Part shown: one piece after another, positions 45,706 to 60,812 of the stretch
How the letters are laid out: the number at the start of each line of letters is the position of its first letter
How positions within the stretch are numbered: the stretch's first letter is position 1
Assembly: GCF_006345805.1 (NCBI RefSeq)
Contig: NC_043000.1
Span: forward strand, 34,038,001-34,102,000
Origin: Octopus sinensis
Lineage: Eukaryota
Length of the DNA: 64,000 bases
Direction of reading: 5' to 3'
Translations under genes and position numbers: made by a program
Notes under the pieces: model-generated
The model's input: only the letters and a program-made list of their open reading frames with translations
The model's database searches: none
Told to the model about the DNA's origin: nothing

Positions 45706-47236
45706 GCTACTACTACTACTGCTACTACTACAATAATGCTAAGATGCACTTTCTTTTTCAGGTTTAGATATTCACCACAGTTCTAGTAATATTCCTACTT
45801 GAATTCAATTTAAACGTCATAGGAAACGCACTGGACATTATATGATGTGGCGCCATATTGGATGCTTATGTTTATGTTTGTTTAAGAGCTGGTCTTCATT
45901 TAAGTAACGGATTTTGCGTAGGAAGGGAACGTATTGTTTCTACTAGCATCACTTACTGTAGGAAAAACAATGTGTACATAAAGAACACACTCACACAAAC
46001 ACACACACGCAGTCACACACACACACACACACACGCACACACACACACATGCACACAGATACAATTAATTCTAGATTTTTTTCTTTTATCAATGTTTTAA
46101 GCAGATCTGTACTTATTTTCTTGGTCAGAAATTTGGAAACCTGTGAAAACATGAAACTTAAAGTAACCCGTCTAGAATCAATTGCATGTATTGTTCTTTG
46201 TGTGTGTGTGCATATATATATATATATACATTCATATACACATACACATACACATATATATTTCGGCTGAGACCATATACTCCATACCTTTTAAAATTCT
46301 CCATTCTTCCTGATAACTCTGACCAGTTCCACAGCTGCGTGGCTGACAAACCGTAATTTTATGGAGCTGTCGTAAGCTCCATCGTCTCTTTGCAAGTTAT
46401 AGAATCCCAATAAACTATAATATATCGCAATATCGATTATTCAGAACCACAGTTATCGGTATTGATATTGCCGGGTGTAAGTCGAAGAATTATCCATAAC
46501 ATGCGAAAAGAATCTCTTGTCCAACGAATTACTTTTTTCAGAATATTCTTCGTATCAGCTTCCATAGGGTCGTTCAACTTCAGAACCTGCTGCTTCCATA
46601 ATCTTTAAGTATGTCTTACCACATTGAGATGGCCATTTATGAAAGTAACCGTACTAGTAAAAGCATAAAATAAAGAGGAGGGGCATAACAGATATTTATT
46701 TATACACACGAACACATTTGTTGTCTTCCATTGTGTTTTTGCATCGATGTATATATCATTGTATGCGTATATACATACATATATAGATAAATAGTTATAG
46801 ATCTAATGTGTGCATATGTTTATGTAAGTGACTTTATACGTACAACCATACAAAGTGTATATTTGACGCTTTACAAAAGTGAACACATGATGTTCTATGG
46901 CACCAAAATATCTTGACACCATGTGACTTACTCAGCACATGATGTTCTTTGATTATTATAGCAGTCAAGACTTAATTATATTTACAGGGGTATAAATACT
47001 TTCACGTAATATAGAGGCACACACACACACATACATATTCACTCCAACTCGTATCACGTATCACATACATGTATTGGTGTAAGACGATTACTAAAGATTT
47101 AACGTAAGATATATCTTGTCATAAACATATCTAATTAAAACATGAATTAATGATGTTTGGTCAGTGGTATGTTACGAGCTTTCTCACGATAACATCATTC
47201 ACACACACTCATACACACATATGTATATATATATAT

Positions 47237-47467
47237 TAAGGCGGCGAGCTGGCAGAACCGTTAGCACGCCGGGCGAAATTCGTAGCCGTATTTCGTCTGC
47301 CGTTACGTTCTGAGTTCAAATTCCGCCGAGGTCGACATTGCCTTTCATCCTTTCGGGGTTGATAAATTAAGTACCAGTTACGCACTGGGGTCGATGTAAT
47401 CGACTTAATCCATTTGTCTGTCCTTGTTTGTCCCTTCTATGTTTAGCCCCTTGTGGGTAATAAAGAA
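47237..47467 (+). mobile_element. Young family-1 SINE (A-B form) with long TSD
   Basis: ACACATATGTATATATATATAT repeated at 47215-47236 and 47468-47489. Confidence 0.9.
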
Positions 47468-48571
47468 ACACATATGTATATATATATATATATATATATC
47501 TTGTAGTAAGTGGATAATCATAGGATATACTTACATATCATTCCCTGTATAATATACATCATATTGTTTATGAGGACCCAACTGTATGTTGTATAGACTC
47601 CTCACTCATTGTAACATATATATCACCATTTTGTTTTGATAATAAGGGCTTAACCATAAAATATACACATAGATCGCTTACTGTAATACTTATTATTATA
47701 ATTATTATTTATTATACATACATATTGTAATCAGAATACAAGGGATTTAGAGTTCGATCTATCGGTTTTTAGTTTTTCTTATTTATTTATTTTCTTCCAT
47801 TCTGTTTTAAATTTTTAAAAATGGAGGCGTTTCCATGGATCGAAATCACTTGAAGAAATCGATTTGAAATCAAATTAAAACTGAAATCAAATTTCAATAA
47901 AAGACAATTTTCTTTTTTTTTTCTTCTATTTATTGATTTATTTTCCTTTCAAATGACATTAAAATCACTTTTCTTTTCCTTGATTACAATTTAATCAAGT
48001 TAAAAAATCTTACACAGAATTCTCTGAAACCGCAAATATGCACTTAGCTGCGTATATCAGCCACAAACTCACATCAATTACTCGTCAGCATTTATACACC
48101 AACTCTTCGAATTCCTTTCTTAATCTTAATTTGATCTCCACTACTTTTCTCTCTTACTCTCTCTTCCATTCTCTTTCTCACTCTCTCTCTCTCTCCCTTC
48201 CTATCTGTCTCTAACTCTCATTAATGAGTTCTTTTGATCACCTCCCATTACAGAATATTTATTTAGTGGCATTTAACATTACGAAAATATTGATTACAAA
48301 TATTGGTCATGATAACAACTATTACAGAAATAACAACAACTGAAAAAAAAACCAAATTTATTAATTAGATTATAATAGTAATAACGAAGACAATGATTAT
48401 GATGACGATGATGATGGTGACGATGATGATGATTGCTTCATTTTTTAAATATTCGAGCGGATTATTGTTCTACTCCAAAAGACATGTAAATCTTTATAGA
48501 ACGAACAATGAAATAACTTTCAGATATTTTATTATAAACTGGAAAGTATAATGATGATGATGATGATGATA

Positions 48572-48604
<33 letters not shown>

Positions 48605-49839
48605 ACAATAATAATAATAGTAATAACAGCGATCACGTGATGATAACAATGTTGAGGACAACGAAAATAATGTTGAACTAACGATACTAATGATTTAATA
48701 ATGAACATAATAAAAATATATTAAATATTGAACAAGATGTGTTTTCAGAAATCTCATCTTAGTTCAACCTGTAATTTTGTGTTCTTCTCTTACTTTATTC
48801 AAATATACTCCCTGTCAGCATTACACTCATCCTTTTCACAATTAATACAATATGGATTTCAATCATTTTTCTTACTGGATTTGTTATTCTGACTTCATGT
48901 TTATCGTATCTGTTAGAGAGATACAGACAAGCCTCTCGAGCTAAATTAAACAGCAAAGGCATTTTGAAATCATTTTAGAAAAGTTTCGAAAGTTTTATTT
49001 CGCTGAATATTTTCATGAGTAAAACTCACAAAAAAGCAAGGAATTATTAATTCATAGAGGTCTCCGATAAAACCTTGTGAGTTCATAGACTTAGAAAATA
49101 TTTCGCGATTTAGAACCAAATACATTCCTTATATAAATTTTAATATAGCTCTAAATAAAAATTCACATTTGTCTCTATATGCTTGGGCATATATATATAT
49201 ATGTAGTGTTAGTTTGTAGATAGAATCAGTAAAAATGCACTCGACTCATCTAGGAATAAATATCGTTTCAATAATACTAAGTTATACATGAGCTACTTCA
49301 AGTTTCATGCTTCATGGTGCACAAATAGGACGGGCTTGTAAAGAGTTCACTGCACCATTCGACAATCGTTCTTGGTCATGGCCGGATCGAGTACGGGTAC
49401 GTTATACATGCACGTCTGGTACCTGTATTATCCAATCGTGAAATTTGAAATAACTCACCTTTCTGAACGAAATACTCACAGCATGCTGCATGATGAAATA
49501 AAGCATTCAGATACGGAACCGGACGAAAGGAAAATATTTTTCAAGTCCTCTTATAGTTTTGGAAACGCTGTTTTTATGTTCCAACAGTTAAGATTCGGTA
49601 ATGTTAAAGTTTAGTCTAGAGACATGTGGGTCATTTATCACCTGAATTGAAATATTTGATATTCTACAGAAATACTTTACAGGATGGTATTACAGCAATT
49701 TGACAGCTTCATCTTTCGACAGCATGAAGAGAATTAAGAGTCAGTTCTAAGGAATGGAAGTAGAAGATTCCGTACGGCTCCACTTCCATTTCTTAGTCTA
49801 TTTTGTGAATGTGTATATGTGTACGGGATCTCTCACACA

Positions 49840-49854
49840 CACACATACACACAC

Positions 49855-49915
<61 letters not shown>

Positions 49916-51037
49916 ATATGTACATATACATATGCATATATATATACATATGCATATATATATACATATGCATATACATATGCATATATATATGCATATA
50001 CATATACATATACATATGCATATATATATACATATACATATACATATGCATATATATATACATATACATATGCATATATATATATACATATACATATGCA
50101 TATATACATGTATATATATATATCATGTATATATGTATATATATATACATATCATGTATATATGTATATATATATATACATATATATAGACATATATGTA
50201 TATATATATGCATATATACATATATATATGTATATATACGTATATATATGTACATATATGCTTATATATATGTATATATATATGCATGTATATATAAATA
50301 CACACATGAATTTGCATGTATATATATATGTGTGTATATATATATGCATGTATATATAAATACACACATGAATTTGCATGTATATATATATATGTGTGTA
50401 TATATATATATATATGTTGACAGTATAAAGATACATGTTTGTGTATATGTATGTACATATATACTATTGTATTTGTATACATAGATGTACACATATATAC
50501 AATACATGTGTGTATAAGTTATCTATATACATATACGTGTATGTATATATTTATATATATATGTGTATATATATGTATATATATACATATATAGATAGAT
50601 AGATATATAGATATATACATATAAACATGTATGATCGTTGATATGCACGTTAGGCATATATACCCTAGTATGACAGAAAGTATATTTAAATGCTTATGTA
50701 CATGTATGTATTTAGGCATTTGTTTATGTGCAGAAATGATAGAGCTACATGCATATATATGTAGTTCAATTTTTCGCTGAAATTTTTGAAAGACAAATAT
50801 CAGTTGTAAAATACAAATTAAAGCTTAGTTTCTGCATAGATACATACATACATGTATGTATAATATATATATGCACGTAGAAGCATATGTATGTGCTTGT
50901 ATATTTATATATATATTCGTATATATACATGTGTATTCATATATATGTATATATTGTATGTGTATGAATATATATATGTATGTGTCAATATATATATATA
51001 TATTATATATATATACATACATACATGCATACATATA

Positions 51038-51126
<89 letters not shown>

Positions 51127-51175
51127 AATATATATATATATATCTATATATATATATATATACACGTATATTACA
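49840..51175. repeat. Large compound (TA)n/(CATATA)n microsatellite field, including an internal duplication of about 60 bp at 50280-50400
   Basis: Direct reading. Confidence 0.95.
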
Positions 51176-53212
51176 TGGTGAACGAGAGAATTGAATATTT
51201 TTTCAATCGGGTGTGAAAAGAATGATGGACAGAATAGAAGCAAAGAAAGATGGAATATGGTGCTACCAAAATGTAGAGGAAATAGAAGTGTATTAAGAAA
51301 TGGTCAACCCAGTGTTCTGCGACAGAAGTATCGAAATACGATAATATTTACCTTCGTCTTTAACTTGTTGTTACCTTATCCTCTTGAGCTTCCATTTACC
51401 ATATTATAGGTTTAGACATTACTCTCAGACCTGGGCAATGTTCTGCATGTTTTGCCTAATAAGTTACTCAATGCTTTATTGTCAAATTCCTCCGCATTTT
51501 ATATTTTACTGACACTTCAACTCGAGTGACAATCTTTCATTGATACCACAATGCTTTCGTCACCGTTTCGTTCCCAATCCTACTCAATATTAGTCTTTTT
51601 ATCTCACTCATTTGTGTAGTTATCAATCACAGTGATTTTACTACATCGATGGAATGTTTTCAGTGCTTCTTTGGGTTTCGTTTCTTTGTTCATTTTCCCA
51701 AACCCCTGCCAACATTTCGCCCCCAAAGATTCCTAATAAAAGATTGTTACACGCTCCAGTGATTATAAAGTGTCTATTAACAAAAACAAAAACAGGGTAA
51801 AGCTGATTTGTTTGTTGATCCATAACTCTCTGCTAGTTGTAAGCAACACATACATTAACGCATACACATATTTAGGTATATGTATGCATACATTCATACA
51901 TCAATCCATGTGTGTGAGTGTGCCTGTGTGTGTGAGAGAGTGTGCGCTAATTGATAAGTTAGTATATTTTAGCTTCAGATTAAAATAGACGAAAGAATCC
52001 ACAAACGTTCTCATCATTGTCATTTTATCATCAACCTCTTTCGACATCGACAGAATTGGTTAATTGCCGGACAGAATTCGTAAAGTGTTTGCCCAAAGTT
52101 CTGTGCCGTATCTAGTTGCACACATACTCTTATTCTTCCCCCACTATGTCAATGGCGTAAGGACTCGTGTCCGGAACGATGTCACCAATCATACCTCGTC
52201 TTACTCTCGTGTTTTACATTATCGTCATCATCTTTCCGCCGAGATCAACTTTACTTTCATTCTCTCAGAGTCGATAAAATAAAGTACCAGTTGACTACTG
52301 GAGTCGATGTAATCGACCTCTTCACCACCCCATAACTGCTGGCCTCGCGCCAAAATTAGAAAAGATTATTATCATCATCATCATTATTATTCTCGTTTAT
52401 CCCGTTTAGTTCGTCTCGATTTGAGGGTTGAATATGCTAACGTTTCATAATAAATTTCATTTTATAATTCAGTTATAAACATTTATTTAGTGATTCTGTT
52501 TGATTTTGTAATTAAAGAGAAAATTTCGACTTGTTTCTTTTGTTTCTGGCAGAACTTGGTCACTGATACATAAAACTGACCTTGTTTTGGCAAGATCTAA
52601 TTTCATTTACATGAACTCTGGTTAAATATTATTTGACATTTTGTAGCGACTCTGTGAGAAGACTTTTCATTTTATTTCCGTTTCCCAAACCGGAAAATTG
52701 ATATGAAGCCCTCTGTGGAAAGTTGCATGCCATACATTAGTGACATATCTTAAATAAAATGTTTTCTCATCTACTTAAGATAGAATACATCAACGTTAAA
52801 TACTATTTCATAATACAGGAGGAGTGAGGGCTAAACTTGAAACCAGAATTAACATTTTCAACAATAACATCGATATTTTGTCATAGTGACATCGATAAGT
52901 GAATATTAAGAACAAAGAAAAAGGTTCGAGGGACAAAGAATTTCGAAATATTTTCTGGTTAATAATGTGATTATTTTGCAAGGAAATATTTTGTTGAAGA
53001 ATATTCTTTCAGTGCTTACGAACAATTTTGGTTTCTACGTAGAACAACCAGTAGTAAGATATAGTCTAAGATATTTAGAGTGGCTTTGAGTCAATATAAG
53101 ACCAATGCACAACTCTTCAGGAAGAAAAATGTCAGTTGTATTATTAAGCGACGAAAAAGAAGCGAAATGGTTTCACCTAGAGCTAAATATCTCAGTTCTG
53201 GAAGGCGATGAA

Positions 53213-53253
<41 letters not shown>

Positions 53254-53303
53254 TATATATAATATATATATATATACATACATACATATGTACGTATGTA
53301 TGT

Positions 53304-53357
<54 letters not shown>

Positions 53358-55358
53358 TGTACATATATATATACACACACACATACATCTAAATATATAT
53401 AAATATTTATATATACATATAGATACATACATACATAGATTTGAATTTATACATATGTCCATACATATATATTTATATCTACATAAGCAATAAGTATTAG
53501 TGACAACAGAACAGAAGTTTTATATTACTCCTAAAGACTTGATATTCATCCCTGCATATCGAATGCATGCAGAAGCAGTAGTAGTTTTAGAAATATCAAC
53601 TTTCTGTAAATACATTAGATGCATTCTAGAAAGACGCTGATGGAGTTGACAAAACCAATTCTATAAAAGTAATTATAATTCTTCAAAAATTTATTCAAGA
53701 AGAGATCTGTATATCTCGTGTCTCTTTCTTGAATTTCAAGGTTGTGAAAATAGTTCTATAAACCAACAATTTCTTTTTGTCTTCCACACATTCCCCCCTT
53801 AAAATAATCTCTCAAATTAAGAAATTTTGATTTTCGTAAATATTTATAAAATATCTTATTGAGATTCTAGAACGTTATTATTATTATTAATATTATAAAT
53901 TTCACAATTGTAAAATAAAATTATTTGTTGATATTCTCCACAGCAAAACTAAAATATAACTTTAATATCCAAATTTTATTTACATACCACAATTTTATTG
54001 TAAATTATTCTTCAATGTCGACGACACTATGATGTCATACTTTATAATTATGTTAGATTTAATATACGTTTCCTACGTGACACTATCAGACATTCTTTAA
54101 CCGATTTAACCATTCCTGACTGTTGGGAGAAGATTGAAAGACCCCTCCCCTCCCCCCACACTTTATATATAGTTTGGGTTTGTGTCTACATAAAAAAAAA
54201 TCAATATTTTATGATCGATTTTATGTTTCCGATTAACTACGTCTATTTGCAATGTTGCAAATTTCATGCACGGTTATTATTCACATTTTCTAAAATCTTT
54301 AGTCACATCAATCAGTGAAACTGCATATTTAGCTTCCATACATTGCTTCCTTCGCATGTCTTCCTTGATCACGTGATATATAAAGGTGAACAATTACATT
54401 GGCGATCTCTTTATTCCACTTCTGGCATTCTCCCCACCTCCGACTCTTATCTGTTTTATTTCCCTCACATTCTATATTTGTAAACCGTTACCAGCCATTG
54501 GCCTGTAATGACTTGACTTTCGGCGGTTTTGCTTGCTATCATAAATGGTGCGTAGCTGAATCTCATAAACCTAAACATTTTCCAAATAGACCGGATGTAA
54601 CTGTCTGTGAATGGAAACTGTAATCTAATGTGGCTCGACATGTGGTGTTTAACAATCAATGCCTGACAGTACACATGTAGTAGTTGTACAGAACATGTAG
54701 GACAATAGTCACCCTTCTCTTGCCAGAGTTTTAACTCATTTTCCATTTTACCTGCTCTGACACTTATCATATCTCCTCCCCCTCCAACCTCACTGTGTGT
54801 ATTTCTTGGAAACCTTTCCAACACTAATCAGCATGAAATTATAAAATGTAAATTAGTTAACGTACAATTCTTCTGCTAATCACTTCTAGTCTGACCAGCA
54901 CTTTTACCTAACAATTAAAATTACAATAAGCTTTATTCATTAACATAAATAACTAAACTGGATTATTATTAAATATTTTTCAGAACGAATAGAGATGTTA
55001 CGTCATCTATAGTAACAAATTATACAGATAACGTTAGAGACCCAGTAAAGTAGGTAGCGTGGATACCTGAAAAAACTCACGTGTTTTCTCAGCATCTTCG
55101 TTTATTTTCGGAAATCACGTGATTGATATTAAGGATCTCGCTGCACTCACCTTTGCTATGTTCTTAATTGGGTTGGTAAAGAAATATACTCCGAAGTAAA
55201 AGTAGAAGAAGAAGGAATTAGAAATGAACATACGACGTTCCCTCCATCACCTTAAATAGGTGTTAACCACAATGATTGTACTAAACGTAGCTTTCCGCGA
55301 TTCACCGGCACACTTCTCTTCCTTTGCACACAGAATCGAGTTTTCTGAAGATACTTAC

Positions 55359-55382
55359 CCTGTTTATAAACCCTGTTAAATT
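55359..55382 (-). other. Candidate 24-nt microexon
   Basis: TTTCCTCCTACAG|AATTTAACAGGGTTTATAAACAGG|GTAAGT; open in phase 0 (NLTGFINR) and phase 1. Confidence 0.35.
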
Positions 55383-56173
55383 CTGTAGGAGGAAATTCTA
55401 TGCGATACAGAAAGTTTTATAAAAGCGATGTGCTAACTTTAAACATTAAAGTTGATCAGACTCCCAGCAACTTCTGTTGTTGCTATTAGTAATTATATTT
55501 ATTTATATATTTTTCAGATTAGATATCTATGTTGTCTGTTGTCATAGTAACCGTACCAGTAACATTAGTGAAAGTAGTAGAATAACAGTAGTAGTAATAG
55601 TAGTAGTAATATTAATGAGTATTATTCAGTTTTACTAAAAATGTTTCTTGTTGTCTTTAAGGATTAAAGCTTAATTATTTTTAAAATTATAAATTCCTCT
55701 GACAATGACATAAGCAAAAAAACATTTTCTTGGAAATATAAAATGCCAAAGATTCCAAGTTACGTAATTAATCATATTTTTCATCGAAGAGGACTTTATA
55801 AAATTTTTATTGCTATAATTTTGTCACTGTTTATATATCATTATTATTACTATTATTATTATAATTATAATTATTATTATTATTATTTTCTCTTATCCAA
55901 CAGTTTGAGCTTCAATGAAATTGAAGTGCTTTACGTATTTTTTCTTTTTGTTTTTTTTTTGTGTATTTGCATTATTTTAAATTTTATTCGGTGCCAAACT
56001 TGTCTCTCATTTGTGCTATAAAAAAAAGAGAAAAAGAAAAGAAAAAAAAGATGGTCTACTTTTATATGATGGTTAAGGGTATTTTCACCAACTTAAATTT
56101 CTACTTAATTGAATATATTTTAGATCAGTTATTTAGATACATACATACATACATACATACATACATACATACA

Positions 56174-56207
<34 letters not shown>

Positions 56208-56766
56208 CATATGTATATGCATATACAGACATACCTACATAATACCTACATACATACATATACACATATATTCCCAGATACACACACACTCAAAAACATG
56301 CACACACACATACACAAACATACACACATATGTATATGTATATACATACATGTACACACACACATATGTATATAATATACACATGAAGAATTACATATGC
56401 ATATATATATATGTGTGTGTTATATATATATATATACATACAGAATATATCTATATACATATATACACATATATGTTTGTATGTATATATGTATGTACGT
56501 AGGTAGATAGACATGTATGTATGATGTGTGGTGTGTACGTATCCGCAGTGGTTGAACTCAAAGTAGCGAAAATATGATCGTAGTCTTTTGTACCCGCAGA
56601 ACAAGAAATATTTAAAAACAAAGCATATTTCCATGTAGTTATTTACAAAGAGCAATATTTTTTCTTTAAACTATGTACATACGTACACGTGTGCGTGCGC
56701 ACATATTCATGACATACTTGCGTACATGCATGCATGCATACGTACATACATATATACATCTACGTC

Positions 56767-56833
<67 letters not shown>

Positions 56834-57963
56834 ATGCATAATACATACATACACATACTTGTATATATAATATATATATATATATATATCTGTGTGTATG
56901 TGTATGTATGTTTATACATGTATGTACGTATATATGTGCGTATCCACTATATATATATCTATTAGTTTGGTACCTAGATCTCTATGTATATAGTCACAGC
57001 GTATCTCTTTATTGAAAATTGTGTACATTTTACTTATTTTAATGATTTTCAATTATTTTTTAAGAACGAATTTTGCACTCATATGTACATGCAGGTACAC
57101 ACACATATGTGTGTTGATATAAATATATAAGCATAGATATTTATATGTATATGCATATATACGTACAAAAAATATATTTATATATACATATACACATTCC
57201 TAGATATAAACATACGGAACAATAATCCACTAAGAGAAATAGAAGAATGGTGCACGAATATGATTTTATTCTAAGATATACATTCACGTAAATCACAAAC
57301 ACATTCACACATATAAAAATAGTAATGATAATGATAATAACAGTAATAATAATGACTATAATATCAGTAACAAGAAAAAAAAACAACAATAAAAATATAA
57401 AGAATAATGATAATAATAATAGTCGAAATAATAATTTTATAATAACAAAAGCAATAATCATAATGATACTAGCAATGATTCAAAAATAATAGCTATAAAT
57501 ACAGAATGGCAAAGTTATAATCTGACATAGTAACAATACAGCAACAACAATATAAACTGCAACAAAAACAACAACAACAACAACAACAATCTTATCTATT
57601 TTCATATCTAAAGCTGTAGACGGTGACTATGTTTTGTGAAATTGTAGGTTATTGTAACGTATTTGGTTATAATTTGTCTGTTTGCCTTATTTTTCTGTGA
57701 TGTTATAGCTTCTGTTTTTAATCAGACAGATGACCAATCATTTTACTTCTGGTTTTTTTTTTTTTTTTTTGTCTCAGTTTTAATAGAAATTCGTTTCTGC
57801 TCTTCATTTGTTTTAAATGTTACAATTAACTAAAACTTAAATAAATGCATCTCAAATATCAATGTGGAAAGATTCATTTCAGGGTTTGTTGTTATTTCTT
57901 TTTATTATCTTTTTTTTTTGTTTGTTTTTACTCAGTCGTTATTGAAGGGATAACGTTAAACCT

Positions 57964-58174
57964 AAGGCAGAACCGTTAGTACACCGGGCGAAATGCTTAG
58001 TCGTATTTCGTCTGCCGCTACGTATTTCGTCTGAGTTCAAATTCTGCCGAGGCCGACTTTGCCTTCCATCCTTTCGGAGTCGATAAATTAAGTATCTGTT
58101 GCGTACTGAGGTCGATCTAATCGACTGGTCCCCTCACCAAAAATCTCGGGCCTTGTGCCTAGAGTAAAAAAGAA
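57964..58174 (+). mobile_element. Family-1 SINE, A-C form
   Basis: Head with small deletions; tail TCTCGGGCCTTGTGCCTAGAGTAAAAAAGAA. Confidence 0.82.
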
Positions 58175-58496
58175 CATTAAAACTATGATAAAATATTTTT
58201 ATTGCAAGACGAAGAGGTTCCTATGTCCTCCATTATTGCATTTTTAAACATGCTGAAACCACAAAATATAATACTCATCACCACTGGTGCAAAATACTGT
58301 TTATATACATAATGCATACCTATATAAATACATATATATATATATATATGCACACCCACCGACGCCCACCCACCCACACAGATATTAGACACAAATGAAG
58401 TAATATTTATAGAATTTCATCTTCTTATAAGTTATAAAGACCCCTCCATGGGGACTTAACACCCACAATTTTGTCATTTTATCAAAGCAAAAACGA

Positions 58497-58790
58497 TTAC
58501 AGTTGTGCTCTTGGAAGCTGTAGGGTTACCCGAGCATAAAAGTTGAGCAGTATTTCTAATTCAATGGTACAACAGTGTAACAGTTTGCTTTGACATACAC
58601 TTACATTGTGACTTCTGAAATGTGGTGCATAAATTGTCAAGTAAATGAGAGGCATATTTGCCTCCACTGATTCAGTTGCAAAGTGCTGAGTAAAGTTATT
58701 TGATTGCAGAGCTCCTTTAAGTCTTTTTATTATCACTCTGTCACACATAGTCTCCAGATGGTAACATTGATTTCAAGGCTTTCCCAGATG
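58497..58790 (-). mobile_element. Probable highly decayed LINE (RTE-like) reverse transcriptase remnant
   Basis: QCYHLETMCDRVIIKRLKGA...IY...KLLHC...LNFYARVTLQL loosely follows the YLG...RI.KA...VY...LLY...F..RCLR pattern. Confidence 0.35.
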
Positions 58791-59199
58791 AGTGACTGGT
58801 TATTCAAAGACATTTATAGATTGTAAATTTATTCTGACCAGTTACATATCAGTATAGTGGTCATTTGCAAACTCCAACTTTCATTTCTCCTTAGCCCTCA
58901 CCTCACACAGTTGTTAATATTTATTTCAGTTGGGTCACGCCCTTCCAATTGCTATAGATACGTAATGCATCTTACGGCTGTGCCTGTCACCTGGATGGTG
59001 AGGAATCCTTCATTGGGAGTGGTAACGACTAGGGTAGAGTAACTGACTGCTTGTTGTGATCATTCGTCTTTTGGTTTCCTGTAGCTTTGCTCTCTTTTAC
59101 AAACCCAGTGAACATATATTTCCTATTTCAAAGAAATTCAAACAATAGATATAAGACCCAATTTTAAAAGATTCTCAACAACTCAACTTCTCTAGTTGA

Positions 59200-59515
59200 C
59201 ATTAGGATGCCCACCCCCAACAGGGGCCTTAACTCTCACATTTTAGAGCTTCATGACCTTCGTTTTTCAGGAGCAAAATCTTTTTTAACAGGTTTAATAA
59301 AACTGGAATTTTGGAATATGCGCATAAAAATCAATAGTATGGGATATACGTGGCACGATTACAATTTTGTTTGGGTGTGCAAAGAGGGAAATAACCCTCA
59401 TCTGCAATTTTGATGAAATTCGAAACAGATATTCCAGTTCATTAGAGAAAATATAACAGAAAAGTCTAATTCTTCAATTGCATGTGACACGGGCAACGCC
59501 GGGTATCTCTGCTAG
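59200..59515 (+). mobile_element. Helitron-like 3' terminus (5' end not found; left boundary approximate)
   Basis: Imperfect GC-rich hairpin CGGGCAACGCCGGG (59490-59503), 8 nt, then CTAG|T at 59512-59516. Confidence 0.5.
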
Positions 59516-59549
59516 TGTATATATATATATATATTATATATATATATAG

Positions 59550-59580
<31 letters not shown>

Positions 59581-60586
59581 CATACATACACAGCTTGTAG
59601 AAGGTGATAGTGCTGTACACTTTCTTACTGTTCTCCGAGGAAAGAAGCTTTGTAACTTTTGAAGTTTCACTTTCGAAATAAAACAATCCAGAGATTTTAC
59701 TGATATTCGGCCACTTTCCATCTACTTCGCAACAAATATAAGCGTTTACATATGTATTGAGGAATATATGTTCAGTATCAAATGCTGAAATGGCTGCATG
59801 TATATTTTAGAAGAATTCTTACGAAGACGAACAATAAATTAAAGAACTACATATTTACAGCAAAAAATATATTTTATTCATTGGTTGTTGATGAAATATA
59901 ATCAAATTGTATTTAGTTGAATGAAGTAATCTATGTAAGGAAGTTCAGAAAAGTAGCAATAACAGCTAAGTGGTGGTTTTCAGTCATGTGGCATAGAAAA
60001 ATAGACAGGCCTAGCAATGACGTGAATGGCTCAGTCTAGTCAACTAAGAAGCAAAGAACAGGGCAAGCAAGCTGTTTTTATTAATGGAATACTAGACATT
60101 CTAGAAATTTCCAAGAGAAAAGCTTCTTGAATAATTAAGAATTACTTCTTATGATGTAGATGTTTCGAGAAACTTATCAAAGGGAGATTACTCAATAAAA
60201 CTTTCTGCAAGATAGAGCATTCAACTATTTTAGCAATAGACCACAGATTACTACAGCTAATGCAATAAATGCCCAGATAATGCAGTAAATGCAGGATCTC
60301 ACAAAGGTAGAGTCGCAATTTCAAGCTCGCTGTGATTAAAGAAGGGCTTTGATGTTAGAGGCGTTATTTCTTGGCGCTCGGACTTTTCAGATATAGGGAG
60401 ACAAGGAGAGGAAGCTTTCTACATGTCGGTATCTGAAAGAGTTTTTATGTTGGACAAATCTTTATTTGAAATCACAAGGTGTCAGGCTCATTGTATGTGG
60501 ACGTGCGCGTGCGTGCTTGCGTGCGTGTGTGTGTGGATGGGTGGAGGTGTGCACATACATGCCTGCAAATATGTGTTTGCGTATGT

Positions 60587-60812
60587 GGCGAGCTGGCAGA
60601 AACGTTAGCACGCCGGGTGCAATGCTTAGATGTATTTCGTCAGTCTTTACGTTCTCAGTTCAAATTCCGCCGAGGTCGACTTTGCCTTTCATCTTTTCGG
60701 AGTCGCTGAATTAAGTACCAGTTACGCACTGGGGGTCGATGTAATCGATTTAATCCCTTTGTATGTCCTTGTTTGTCCCCTCTATGTTTAGCCCCTTGTG
60801 GGAAATAAGAAA
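60587..60812 (+). mobile_element. Family-1 SINE, A-B form
   Basis: GGCGAGCTGGCAGAAACGTTAGC...TTTAGCCCCTTGTGGGAAATAAGAAA. Confidence 0.85.

Noticed and set aside
46260-46620. Unique patch with a 54-codon minus-strand open frame and a GGAGCT/AGCTCC hairpin
   Set aside because: No start or splice support and no recognisable motif; probably an old element remnant.
10060-57461. Dozens of Y/I/H/T/C/V-rich ORFs in the track (e.g. 10060-10656, 37070-37654, 49754-50484)
   Set aside because: They are translations of (TA)n, (CA)n, (TACA)n and (GATA)n microsatellites, which lack stops in some frames.
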